Source of the DNA: Rhizodiscina lignyota
Lineage: Eukaryota
Direction of reading: 5' to 3'
Length of the DNA: 64,000 bases
NCBI GenBank assembly: GCA_010015805.1
Contig: ML978126.1
Span: forward strand, 1,302,001-1,366,000
Shown: positions 49,625-59,715 of the stretch, one piece after another
How positions within the stretch are numbered: the first letter of the stretch is position 1
How the letters are laid out: each line of letters begins with the position of its first letter
Notes under the pieces: generated by a model
What the model saw: only the letters and a program-made list of their open reading frames with translations
Told to the model about the DNA's origin: nothing
The model's database searches: none
Translations under genes and position numbers: made by a program

Positions 49625-50146
49625 ATGGGCCTCTTCTCGCCTTCCTCTCACTCCCGCCATGGCCACCGATCGTCCTCGCACCATGATCGCCACGACTCGC
49701 ACTCACATTCGCGGCCTTCGATGTCGCGCAGCGCGTCGTCCTTCTTCCGCCTCGCGAATCCCTCCACCCACTCCGTACGCTCTTTCGGCTCGCACCGCTC
49801 CTCGTCCTCATATTACAAGCGTAGCCCCCGCTCTGGCTATATCAGCAGCCTCTTCCGAAAGTTCAAGCACCTGCTGCGCGAGCTGTGGTACTATGCGAAG
49901 CGCCATCCGATAAAGGTGTTCATCTTCGTTATCATGCCTTTAATTAGCGGCGGCGTGCTAGCTGGATTCGCGAGACAATTCGGCATTAGACTACCAGCAG
50001 CATTGGCAGGGAAAGGCGCGGCGAGCGCCGGTGGTGGATACTATGGTTCTGCTGGATATGGAGGGATGAGCGGCGGCCTGAGTCAGGGACTTGCAGGCGG
50101 TGGGGCTCTCGAGGGAGTTATGAAGATCGCGAAGAATTTCCTGTGA
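49625..50146 (+). CDS. Hypothetical small membrane protein (Ser/His-rich N-terminus, one TM segment, Gly-rich tail)
   Basis: 173-aa ORF; YYKRSPR, hydrophobic KVFIFVIMPLISGGVLAG. Confidence 0.8.
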   Translation: MGLFSPSSHSRHGHRSSSHHDRHDSHSHSRPSMSRSASSFFRLANPSTHSVRSFGSHRSSSSYYKRSPRSGYISSLFRKFKHLLRELWYYAKRHPIKVFIFVIMPLISGGVLAGFARQFGIRLPAALAGKGAASAGGGYYGSAGYGGMSGGLSQGLAGGGALEGVMKIAKNFL

Positions 50147-50904
50147 ATCCGACAAGCATCTAGAACACACAGGGCTGGAGAATTTGAAGAAGCCCCGCAC
50201 CCCGCATGTCGCACTGGAACGGAGAACTGATCTGGAGAGACCTTCATGACTTCTACGACTTCAATACCACGACGAAAAGTTACGGCCACGCTGCGTATGA
50301 CGCTATTTGAAACTTCGAGTGGGATTTCTTGTATTTAGAGTTGGAGCTCAGGCTTGGGTGGCACATTTTGAATTTTACTCAGTTGGCATTTTCCATGGCT
50401 TTGGCAAGTTGGGACTAATTAGTGGAGACTCTGTATGTCAGGCAGCTCAACAATCCGACCATATTTGCCCATGAAATTGGTGGGGAAATTGAAAATCCAA
50501 CTCGTCTTGCTACAGCAAATACTCAATATGCTAGCAGATCGCTCATGCTAGGCTTGCAATTGAAATGGCTTCAATACTAAGTTCACCACTAACCCCAGAA
50601 AAGTCTAACGCAGCGTAAATCTTGATTGAGCTTCATGAAATTTAGGACTTAGCTAGGTTTAAATTTCTTCGGTAGTCAATGACAAGGTTAACTTTACCTA
50701 TGATATACCCACTCTCGTACAGTGGGCTCATCCATGACAAGCAGCGGCGAGCGTACTGTAGCGTCGGAGAAAGACATCTCCGAACGCATTCTTGACGCCA
50801 TGAGCCATGTGCAACCCCTTCGATTCCCCACACTTAAATGCTCGGCGAAGACGCACTAATCGTGGCTGGAATGTCAATATAAACCTTTCTCGGCCCAAGG
50901 AGGG

Positions 50905-51745
50905 ATGTCCGATGAGTTGGAAGAAGTGACTCCACTCTCTACAATTGCTTGCGAACCCTGTAGGTGAGTTGTCCATGCATAGATTCGCATTTGATCCTCT
51001 CTGATGGAACAATAGACAGAAAAAGTGCAAATGCGACCGTGTCATCCCAGTGTGTTCTTCATGCACATCCGACCCGTCGAAATGCTGGTATTCTCATGGC
51101 GCGAAGAGGGGGCTGCCGGCCGGCTATCTGAACTCCCTTGAACATCGTCTCACAGAAACCGAAGCGGCCTTGTTCCACGCATTAAACGAGCTCTATGGAG
51201 AACCGACAGATGCGCATGGCCTCCCAAACTTGAGAGATACGCTGACACAGCGCGTATCGAGCAGTAAGATCGATGCTGTCCGCGAGTGGAAGTCGCTGCC
51301 TTTGGAGACTAGGGAGGATGCGCATCAATGGTGGCTCACCCGACGGAGTGTATTCAGTCAGGCAACTTCAGACCTGCATATGAGCAGCAATGACCAGCCC
51401 CCAACGGCCAAGTCACAGAATGGGCCGGGCAATTCTCAACCGCAGAAAAATATGTACCAAGACTGGTTCACCATCCCAGCGAGAACGCCAAACACGGAAA
51501 GCAACGCCGTCGAAACATCTCAACTGCCTCTACCTTCAGCTTCGTCCGACATGGACGCACAGATTGAGGGGTGGGGTAACATGCCTCAAGCAGCTGCTGA
51601 CTCAATCAGCAATACTCGCTTTACTACACATGCTCAAATTGGCGCAAGTTCTCGATCGCCAGCACAAGGTGGCACGCCTCTGGCAGACGATGGTTTCGTC
51701 AAAGCCAAGGCATTAGCAGAGGCCCGTAAGGATACCTACTTTTGA
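50905..51745 (+). CDS. Short Zn(II)2Cys6 transcription factor; intron 50964-51015
   Basis: Spliced ACEPCR|QKKCKCDRVIPVCSSC..SKCWY, then KRGLPAGYLNSLEHRL coiled coil. Confidence 0.88.
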
Positions 51746-52272
51746 GCTGGCGAAGATCTACACGACTCTGCCATTTCTGGCAGTCGTCTTGGCTCGTTTG
51801 GAGCAGAAGCATTGCAGACTGTTTGCATCTTACACTACTTTCAGCTATTACCGAGCGAGTGGCAGAGAGTGTGGTTCTTACGGCAAGCGTTGAGGGACAA
51901 GTGGCGCAACTGAGTTGAGCGGACTCTACTGAATGCCAAACTGGCGTGCACCCACCCGCACACTCGTTGCAGGAGTGAGTCTAGTTTCGACAATCGCAAC
52001 ATTTGAAGTCCAAAGAAACGCTGTTGCACTTGTCGACAACTCCTCTGCTCATATCGTGTGGCTATATACACGAGCCATCTTCGTCTCCATATCTCTTCTT
52101 CCCTCTTGCGGACGTACAGAATATGGTGAGCTTCATCAATCGGCTGAGTACAAATCCATGATTGCACCAGAGCCGAATCCAGCGGCTTCAAGTGCAGTCT
52201 ATTTGATCCCCTCAAGTACATCCTTTCTTCCACGCCGATGCCTCAAAGCTACGCTCCAACCCTACTGGACAT

Positions 52273-52916
52273 TTAAGGCGGCAAGCAAGACGGAATAACC
52301 CAGTCCCAGCTAATGCTAACCGTACTCAAACCAACACCACCAAGGGACGAATACGCCGCCGGCCTATCGACAATCAGTACATCACCTATCTCAACGCCAC
52401 TCAACGTCATAAACTTACGATAAATCCAACTGCGTGTTCCCAAACGGATCCTCCGGCTGCCCACAATTCGCATTGAGGTCATTGAACGGGATAATAATGA
52501 CCTGGCCGCTACCGTCGGTTGGGTTGATCTGGATGTCCGAGCCGCAAAGGTCCTTCGATATGCCGGGGAAGTTTGTGCATACAGCGGCGGAGGGCACGTT
52601 CGGGTCGAACGTGTTGCCGCATGCGGTGATGCCCTGCGGGTTGGTGCCCGCGGTGTACACGGTGCCGATGGCGGACGTCGCGACGCACTGCAGGCCGTCT
52701 TGACGCTCGAAGAGGTTGTTGGCCGCCGCCTCACTGTGTTGGGGGTTAGCTGCGTTCATATTGTCTTATGGAAGAGCGTGGTACGTACAACATCGACACG
52801 GAGCGGCCCAGGTTCATTGTGGGCGAGGGCTTAGGCGCCGGTATTGGCTGTGCAGCTGGGCTGGCCACCACGGCTGCGACGCAGCAGAGGAGGACCTGCA
52901 GCAGGGAGTTCAACAT
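52273..52916 (-). CDS. Secreted RlpA-like double-psi beta-barrel (expansin/loosenin-like) protein; introns 52734-52788 and 52364-52418
   Basis: Signal peptide; TACG, SAAV, CG.DIQI, LDLSPAAY..L, ISWDW pattern. Confidence 0.8.
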
Positions 52917-54748
52917 GGTGGAAGGTTTGAAACGAATAGGGCACTGTGATGGAAGGATTGACTGATCAACAACTCAGGAATCCGTCGTTCCTGAAGATCG
53001 TGTCAATCGATTCCAAGAGCATGAAACGACCCGTTTATATACCTTTCGGAGTCTTGTCCTCCTGGTCTACCACAGCATAGCATCGCGATTTCTGATCCCG
53101 CAAGCATTCCCTGGGATATCGATGACAGAATGTCTGCCTTGACGTCATGCTCTCTCCTCTCGCAAGCTCTATATTAAAACCGATAGATAGCCGGGTTGAA
53201 TTTGTCGTGAATACGAACTGTATCCACCATCGCCCTGCTGTGTGATTCCTCATGGAAGTCCCACATGAAACAATCAATGCCTATTGCCCAGCGCTTTCCT
53301 GGTACCTTGCAGCTCCCGCAGCGATATAAGCTTACAGTCCAACCTCCAGTCAGCGAAACGGCTCAGGAGGCTGTTTCCGAAGCATCTTGCGGATATTCAA
53401 GCTTAATGATTAAGCCTGCACGGAATGCCGACGTTTCCAGCTTTTCGTCGATCATGCCGTGAAACGGGAATAAGGGTGTGTGGAGAAGGTAGCTTGCTCG
53501 CGTGAGCATGGGTTGGGGGCTACAGTATGATAGGACAGACGTCAAAGGTCGACCGGCACTGCTATCTGGCTGAATATCGATATCTGGAGAAGGTTACGAA
53601 ATGTCTCTCGCGTAAAATTCGCATGATATAGATCGTCGATCGTGCTCGAGGCTACAGGTACCTTTTGCTATCTACCGCGGTTGATTGATAAAGTGCGTTC
53701 TAAATGCTGAGAATATGCATTGGATATGATTATGAGGGTTCCACAGCGCTGCAACCTCATCGGCCTTTAGCTATACCTCGGAATTATCACCCCTTAGAGG
53801 GTTTCAAGTTGTTGTTAAATTTAACCTCTCATGCTTCGATGTAGCAAGGAAGCCACATCTGGAAAGATGACAGAGACTTTAGAATGATCTTGGTAGAGCA
53901 TTGATTCGAGTCGGCAACACAGCGAGTACTACACTCTATCTGAAGCATTGAAGGATCGCGAGATTATGCGGATCCGGGTGTCTTCATATAGACCTCTAGT
54001 GTTCCTTGGATAGCTGTTCGAAATTTTGCATGAGGGTCAGATTAGTGAGGAAGTCGGAACCCTTTTCCAGAGCACGAGGAGATACCTTGCCCAACATGAT
54101 ATACAACGCATGCTTAGGAATTCAGGCAATAGTCCAAGTTGAAGCCCACATATGAGCTTTCCCATACAGCCCAACTATCTTTAGCAGATCCAAGTGCATG
54201 TCACATTCCCCTGCATCGATCGACACGCTCCCCGCAGGGTAGCCAGTGACCGACTTGGTCGCTCGATAGGCGATTGCTCAAGGTGGAGTGTTTGGCGAGT
54301 GCATGCCCGACTCTGGCAACTGGAGTGTGAAAGTGGCTCGGGAACTATCTCTATCCACTTCGGAACATAATCCACTCTGGCATAGAGCTGTCTCAGCAGA
54401 CGTTACATATGTCGAAAGCGGAATACGCAGCTCCGTCGCTAGATGTGAATCGAACAAGTGGGAGAAGAAGCCATCGAAATACCATGTATTCCCAAAGTGC
54501 CAGCAAATGCCACTCGATAGCAATACAATCGAAGTCCCCGGAACAAACAACTCAAAAAAGCGACTTTTGATATCTCGTACAACTCCTCGCTGCCTAACCC
54601 TCGGAATATATGTGTACCAACATTCCGGAAAATCCTTCTAAAATATGCCCATCTACCCTATCGAGCTAAGTAACAGCTCGCAAGCAAGAAAGTGAAGATT
54701 TAAATGAAATAAAAAAAGAAGAAAAAGCCACCAATCCATTGCATTTGA

Positions 54749-56323
54749 CTACCTCTTCCGCCTCTGCCAACCCACACTCCCGCTCCTCGTGCGTCCTACG
54801 CCCAACGGCGGCGTGACGCTCAACTCCCGCACCTCCCTCACCCTCCGCGCGTCATGAGCTCTCGTGTCTCTCGCGTCGTCCTCGTCCTCGTCCTCGTCGC
54901 TTTCCTCGCTGCTCGCACTGTCTTCCTCCCGCGGCTGATGTCGCCGATACAGCGCCGGATCGCTCTCGCTCATCACCCCTCTCAGCGGCCCACGATCCGG
55001 CACCGGCACGCGCCGCACGACGTTCGAGTACGCGACGGTGTCTGCGGCTGCAGGGCCGGACACGATACGACGCGCGGACGGGTAGGCGGCGGGCCTCACT
55101 GCAGGAGGCGCGCCGCCGTTGTCTATTGCGGCGTTGTCGGGGATTTGATAGGGTGCTATGCTGTCGGGGACGGGGTACGGCGGGACTCTACGCCCAGAGT
55201 AGCGGTCGATGTCATCTGGGAGGCTGGACGTTCGGTAGCCCGTGTCGCTGCGGTATCCGTCGCGCGCCATGTTCGGGTTGTACGCGCGGTATGGGCCGGT
55301 AGGGTAAGGTGGGTCGTACGGCTGCTGAGGCAGAGGCGGAGGTGGAGCGGCGTCCTTCCTGCGATTGTGCGAGCTCGAGGAGCGCGAGTCGGGTTCTGCT
55401 CCTGCGCCAGAGAGGGCGCGTCTGCGGTCTGGATCGGAGGGGTGGCGCGCGTTGTAGTAAGATACTGGAGCGTGGGCACCGCGCGCTGAGGTATGAGGCG
55501 GTGGGGTGTCGCCGCGATCGTTGCGAGCGTAGCCTGAGGAGCGACCTTCGGTGTCGCTTTTCGCGCCCTTGCGACGCTCTTTGGAGCGAGGTGAGCTGTT
55601 AGCAGGGGGTAGGGCGAGGAGGTTGCTCTTGGGCAGTTGGCGCGACTTGCGGCTGCGGACTTCCTTCTCTGGGCTGCTGTTGCTGGAGCTGCCCTCGCGC
55701 TGGAAGGACTCGCGCGCGGGTCGTCGCGAGGCTCTCTGCCGATCGGGCTTGCGCTCTCTTGCTTTGGAATTGCGATCATAGTTTTGAATTGCCGCCAGTT
55801 CTTCGTGTGTGAGGCTGACAGCCGGCTTGCCTTTTGCCTGAGCGCGTTGAATGCGATTAAGAGCACGCTGGTACATCTCTTCCTGCTCGAAGCTCTCTGT
55901 TCTTATAAGAGGGACGAGGCTCACTCCTCCACCACTGCCACGCCTATCACTATCCTCTTCATCGGAAGACTCGTACGCCTCCCCATATGCCAGGTTATCC
56001 TCATCATTATAAACTCGATATTGTTGCAAGTCGTCGTTGAAGAAAAGTTCATCAGAAGCGAAACCAGCTCTCTGCCTAGCCCTATCATTTCTCTTGACAC
56101 CCGCCAGCACCATCCTCCGCTCCTCCTCCTCGCTATCCTCAAGCTCCTGAAATCTATTATCATATTGGAGTGTATTCCCCCACCCCACCCCTCCCGCGGG
56201 ATCGGCACCCCTACGCCGCCTCCCGGGTGGTCTTCCCCAGTCCGCATCACCAGCAGCCCTGGACTGAGGCTCTACAAAGTACGGAGTTCGCGGCCGACCA
56301 CCTAAACCGCCTCCTCGGAAAAA
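54749..56323 (-). CDS. C-terminal extension of the Yip3 long isoform (-1 frame; ~523 aa added, fusion ~694 aa)
   Basis: Stop-free frame overlapping the YIP3 3' end with no intergenic space; entered at slippery T TTT TCC. Confidence 0.8.
   Translation of the reverse strand, partial: FFRGGGLGGRPRTPYFVEPQSRAAGDADWGRPPGRRRRGADPAGGVGWGNTLQYDNRFQELEDSEEEERRMVLAGVKRNDRARQRAGFASDELFFNDDLQQYRVYNDEDNLAYGEAYESSDEEDSDRRGSGGGVSLVPLIRTESFEQEEMYQRALNRIQRAQAKGKPAVSLTHEELAAIQNYDRNSKARERKPDRQRASRRPARESFQREGSSSNSSPEKEVRSRKSRQLPKSNLLALPPANSSPRSKERRKGAKSDTEGRSSGYARNDRGDTPPPHTSARGAHAPVSYYNARHPSDPDRRRALSGAGAEPDSRSSSSHNRRKDAAPPPPLPQQPYDPPYPTGPYRAYNPNMARDGYRSDTGYRTSSLPDDIDRYSGRRVPPYPVPDSIAPYQIPDNAAIDNGGAPPAVRPAAYPSARRIVSGPAAADTVAYSNVVRRVPVPDRGPLRGVMSESDPALYRRHQPREEDSASSEESDEDEDEDDARDTRAHDARRVREVRELSVTPPLGVGRTRSGSVGWQRRKR
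56283..56323 (-). other. Putative -1 programmed ribosomal frameshift signal: U_UUU_UCC (56323-56317), 6-nt spacer, hairpin
   Basis: GCU UUU UCC GAG GAG GCG GUU UAG; stem GCGGUU (56310-56305) pairs with GGCCGC (56295-56290), extendable by GGAG/CUCC. Confidence 0.75.
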
Positions 56324-56832
56324 GCTTGTTCGATTGGTTTGTCCATGAATGAGGCGTGGCCGAGGATGGTCACGCCGGACGCGCCGATGAGCCACAGGAT
56401 GGTGCTCAGGGGCGAAGAGATGATGAGCATGGGCACGGAGAGGACAAGCAGGCCGGTGTACATCTGGGAGGTGGTGAAGCGTGCGAATCCAAGGTCGAGG
56501 TCGTTGCCGCCGAGCTTGCCGATACCCCACATGCCACCAACGACGAGGATGATGACGAAGAGGAGGGTGAGGTTGGTGAGGAGGGAGTAGATGGAGAGCA
56601 TGACGAAGACGGCGGCATAGTTGCTGCTGAAGTAGCCGAGATTGTAGTTGACTCTGCTCTGCATCTCGCCGAAGTTGGCGGGCTTCGACAGGCGCTTGAT
56701 GTCGAGAAACTCGGAGATGGGCTTCAGGTTGGTGAAGCGCTGCGCGATTGACTGCGAGCGCATCTCGGAGAAGCGGCCGGAGAGGTTGAGGCGCGAGGTG
56801 AGGGCGTCGAGAGGAATGTTGATGCGTGCCAT
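56302..56832 (-). CDS. YIP3: PRA1-family Rab-GDI displacement factor Yip3 (short isoform, 176 aa)
   Basis: KPISEFLD, SRVNYNLGYFSSNY, hydrophobic hairpins, GHASFMDKP. Confidence 0.95.
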   Translation of the reverse strand: MARINIPLDALTSRLNLSGRFSEMRSQSIAQRFTNLKPISEFLDIKRLSKPANFGEMQSRVNYNLGYFSSNYAAVFVMLSIYSLLTNLTLLFVIILVVGGMWGIGKLGGNDLDLGFARFTTSQMYTGLLVLSVPMLIISSPLSTILWLIGASGVTILGHASFMDKPIEQAFSEEAV

Positions 56833-56908
56833 TTTTGATGGAGTTGTGGAGTGTGGTGATGGAGTGAGAGTTTAGATGTTGGATGTGAGAGATGAAGGTC
56901 GAAAGTTC

Positions 56909-57032
56909 CTGAGGAGAAGAAAATGGTCAATTAGTGGTCGTCGGTGGGTGCGAATGGCTTGATTGGGGTTGTCAACGGTGCCTGGAAAGGTGTCGAATTG
57001 AAGAGGCACAACGTGGCGAAGTGGGTGCTTAC
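56909..57032 (-). other. 5'-UTR intron of YIP3
   Basis: GTAAGC donor at 57032, CTAAT/TTGAC branch, pyrimidine tract and CAG acceptor at 56909; no ATG seen in the adjacent upstream exon. Confidence 0.6.
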
Positions 57033-57555
57033 GTGGTCACTTGCAGTTCGCGCTGAGTGGTGCTGGTCGGGGAGTAGGTGAGTAGATGTACTTGATGGAG
57101 TTGGAGGCAGGCTGAGAGAAGTTGGAGCTGAGGCGTCCGGGTGCTCGAAATTACTCGATTATTGGTGTTTCCAAAAAAGGGGACGCAGTGGGCCCGGAGA
57201 TCTGCTTTCAAGCCACACTGGCCACCACCAGCGCGCGAGGAGCCCCTGCTGATCCTCAGATGCTCGAGATGGCGACAGCAGCCGCGAGAGTCGCCCACTG
57301 CCCGCTGCAAGTGAGGAGGAGAAGTGTGCGAGAGAGAGAGAGCGCGATCAGGGCCCCAGCGGCACTCGAGGGGATTTTGTGCGTTGGTGCAGAGTGCAGC
57401 AGTCGCGCGCCGCCCGCCTTGCCTGATTCGTCCACGTTCGATGCTCGCTGAGCACATCTGCACCACGCCAGATCAGCCTGAGCATCATCGCTCACTCCGA
57501 ATTATCATCACCGCCCAACTCCCCTCCTCTCGTTACTGAACAGCTCTCCCGCAAA

Positions 57556-59045
57556 ATGAGGCTATTCACCACTGTATCGGTGCTTCTTGCGGCCTTTGCA
57601 ACGGTGACAATTGCCTGGGACAAAGAAGGTATGTAAATAATAAAAAATAGTTCAGCTTCCACCTGTCATTTGCGGCTGTCTCTATGGATCTCACAAATGA
57701 ATTCAGAAATGCTCAATATCAATTCCCAACTAAAGAGAGCAACTTCACTGCGATTGTATCTCTATTCTATACTCACTTGCATTGACTCTCTCCCCAACAG
57801 ACCACGAAATCTTCCGCATCCGCGACGACCTCTCCGCCCTCGAAGGCCCGTCCGTCTCCTTCTACGACTTCATCGGCACCACCCCCTCCGCCAGCCAAGA
57901 CGACATCAATAAGGCCTACCGCAAGAAGTCGCGCATCATCCACCCGGACAAGGCGCGCCAGTCCTTCATCTCCACCTACGGCAAGTCCGCCGAGAAGGCC
58001 AAAGACAAGAAGAAGAAGCCAGGCGTGCAGGTGCGCAAGCAGCCCACCCAGCGCGAGGTCGACAAGTTCACGAAGGAGGCCACGCACAAGTACCAGCTGC
58101 TCACCACTGTTGCGAATGTGCTGCGCGGGCCGGGGAGGGAGCGGTACGACCATTTCCTGCGTAATGGGTTCCCGACATGGCGAGGAACAGGATACTACTA
58201 TACGCGTTACCGCCCCGGCCTAGGCACCGTCCTAGCCGGACTCTTCGTCTTCGGCGGCGGCCTCGTGCACTACGGCGTGCTGGTCCTGAGCCACAAGCGG
58301 CAGCGCGACTTCGTCGACCGGTACATCCGCCACGCGCGCCGCATGGCATGGGGCGACGACCTAGGCATCCAAGGCATACCCGGCGGCAGCAACGGCAGCG
58401 CGTCCGTCTCGCGCACCGAGTCTCCCGCTCCACAGGCGCCACAAGGCGACGGCGACGACGAGCAGGCGCCCGTGCCGCGGAACAGGAAGGAGCGGCGCGC
58501 GATGGAGAAGGACAGCCGCAAGAAGGAGAAGAACCCTTCGAGGACGGCGGCGCGCGCGGCCGTGGCGGCGAAGAACAGCGGCGTCAGCACGCCGCAGGAT
58601 GCGGAGCTGACGAGCGGGCCGGTGGGCACGAAGAAGCGCGTCGTTGCGGAGAACGGGAAGGTGCTTATTGTGGACAGCGTGGGGAATGTGTATCTGGAGG
58701 AGGAGACGGAGGAAGGGAGCACGCATGAGTTCCTGCTGGACGTAAGTTTCCACCTGTTCTCTCCATTCCGTGGTCATGGATAAAGCGACTGACGGTATAT
58801 TTGTGCAGCCTGACGAAATTCCCCGCCCGACAATCTATGACACTGCCGTCTTCCGCGTGCCCATCTGGGCCTACAACAAGACCGTCGGCCGCATAACCGG
58901 CAAGCCGACCATCGAGGAGATCTTGGAGGAGAACGCCGATGAACAGGACGGCGAAGGCGAAGTGGACGACGCCGTCTCCGCTGCATTGGCAAGCAACGCC
59001 AACGGCGAGGCGAGGAGGCGGAAGGCGAAATACCGGCAAAAGTAG
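57556..59045 (+). CDS. ER membrane J-domain protein, Erj5/DNAJC1-like; introns 57629-57800 and 58742-58808
   Basis: Signal peptide ..AWDKED, HPDK motif, RERYDHFLRNGFP.WRGTGYYY, TM segment. Confidence 0.9.
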
Positions 59046-59715
59046 GATCCATTCCTGTCTTTCTTGTATTTTTATGCTGCGCGGATCTCTGATTCGTTCT
59101 CATAGCAAGCGCGTGCTCGGGAGCAATGCATATGTGGAGCAATAGGGGACCATAAAAAATGTATGCATAGCGGTTTCGTTGAAGTGATGATACCCTGGCT
59201 CTTCTGTCCTTCTCCATAGGGTCTTAAAATATGATGCGAAACTAGTAACAGGACGGTGTCGGGAGAGGAGCTTGCCAATATTACTTTGCTAGCGACGTCT
59301 TGCTTCAATTTGGTATCTCTTTTCAATTGCCAGACCGCTTTCTGGATATAGAAAGGTACAAGCAAGGTCTGAGTCAAATCATACTTAAACTGTCGGTGCG
59401 GCCATGTCTCGATTCAATCTAAGATCAGCATCTGATGAAAAATGCGTATCCATTATGCTCAAGATATTCCTCCTTGCCACGCACTGCTGGCCCTGTGACA
59501 AGCAGGCGAGGACGAAACCTACTCACGCAAGATTATATCCAAGTTGTGCACCGAGAAAGCCACAGTTTGATCGCGCACGGAATCTCCTCTCATAACGTGT
59601 GACATTCATGCAAATCTAGCATTGCTCTTTGCAAACCGCCCTATGACGTTTCATGCATTCGAAAAGAAACCCATCCATCAAAGACAGCAAAAGCCGTCGA
59701 CCATCAGAAATCTCC

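Noticed and set aside
51841..52298. Overlapping 121-130 aa ORFs between the zinc-cluster TF and the DPBB gene
   Set aside because: They lie in convergent 3' regions and have no motif support.
56324..56530. ORF-track start of the 593-aa ORF inside YIP3
   Set aside because: It is a non-ATG start in a shadow frame of YIP3; entry by frameshift at 56323 or the AUG at 56113 is more plausible.
58101..59217. Long antisense and alternate-frame ORFs over the DnaJ gene (also over lgd1, eIF3b and Aurora)
   Set aside because: Shadow ORFs caused by high GC at third codon positions.
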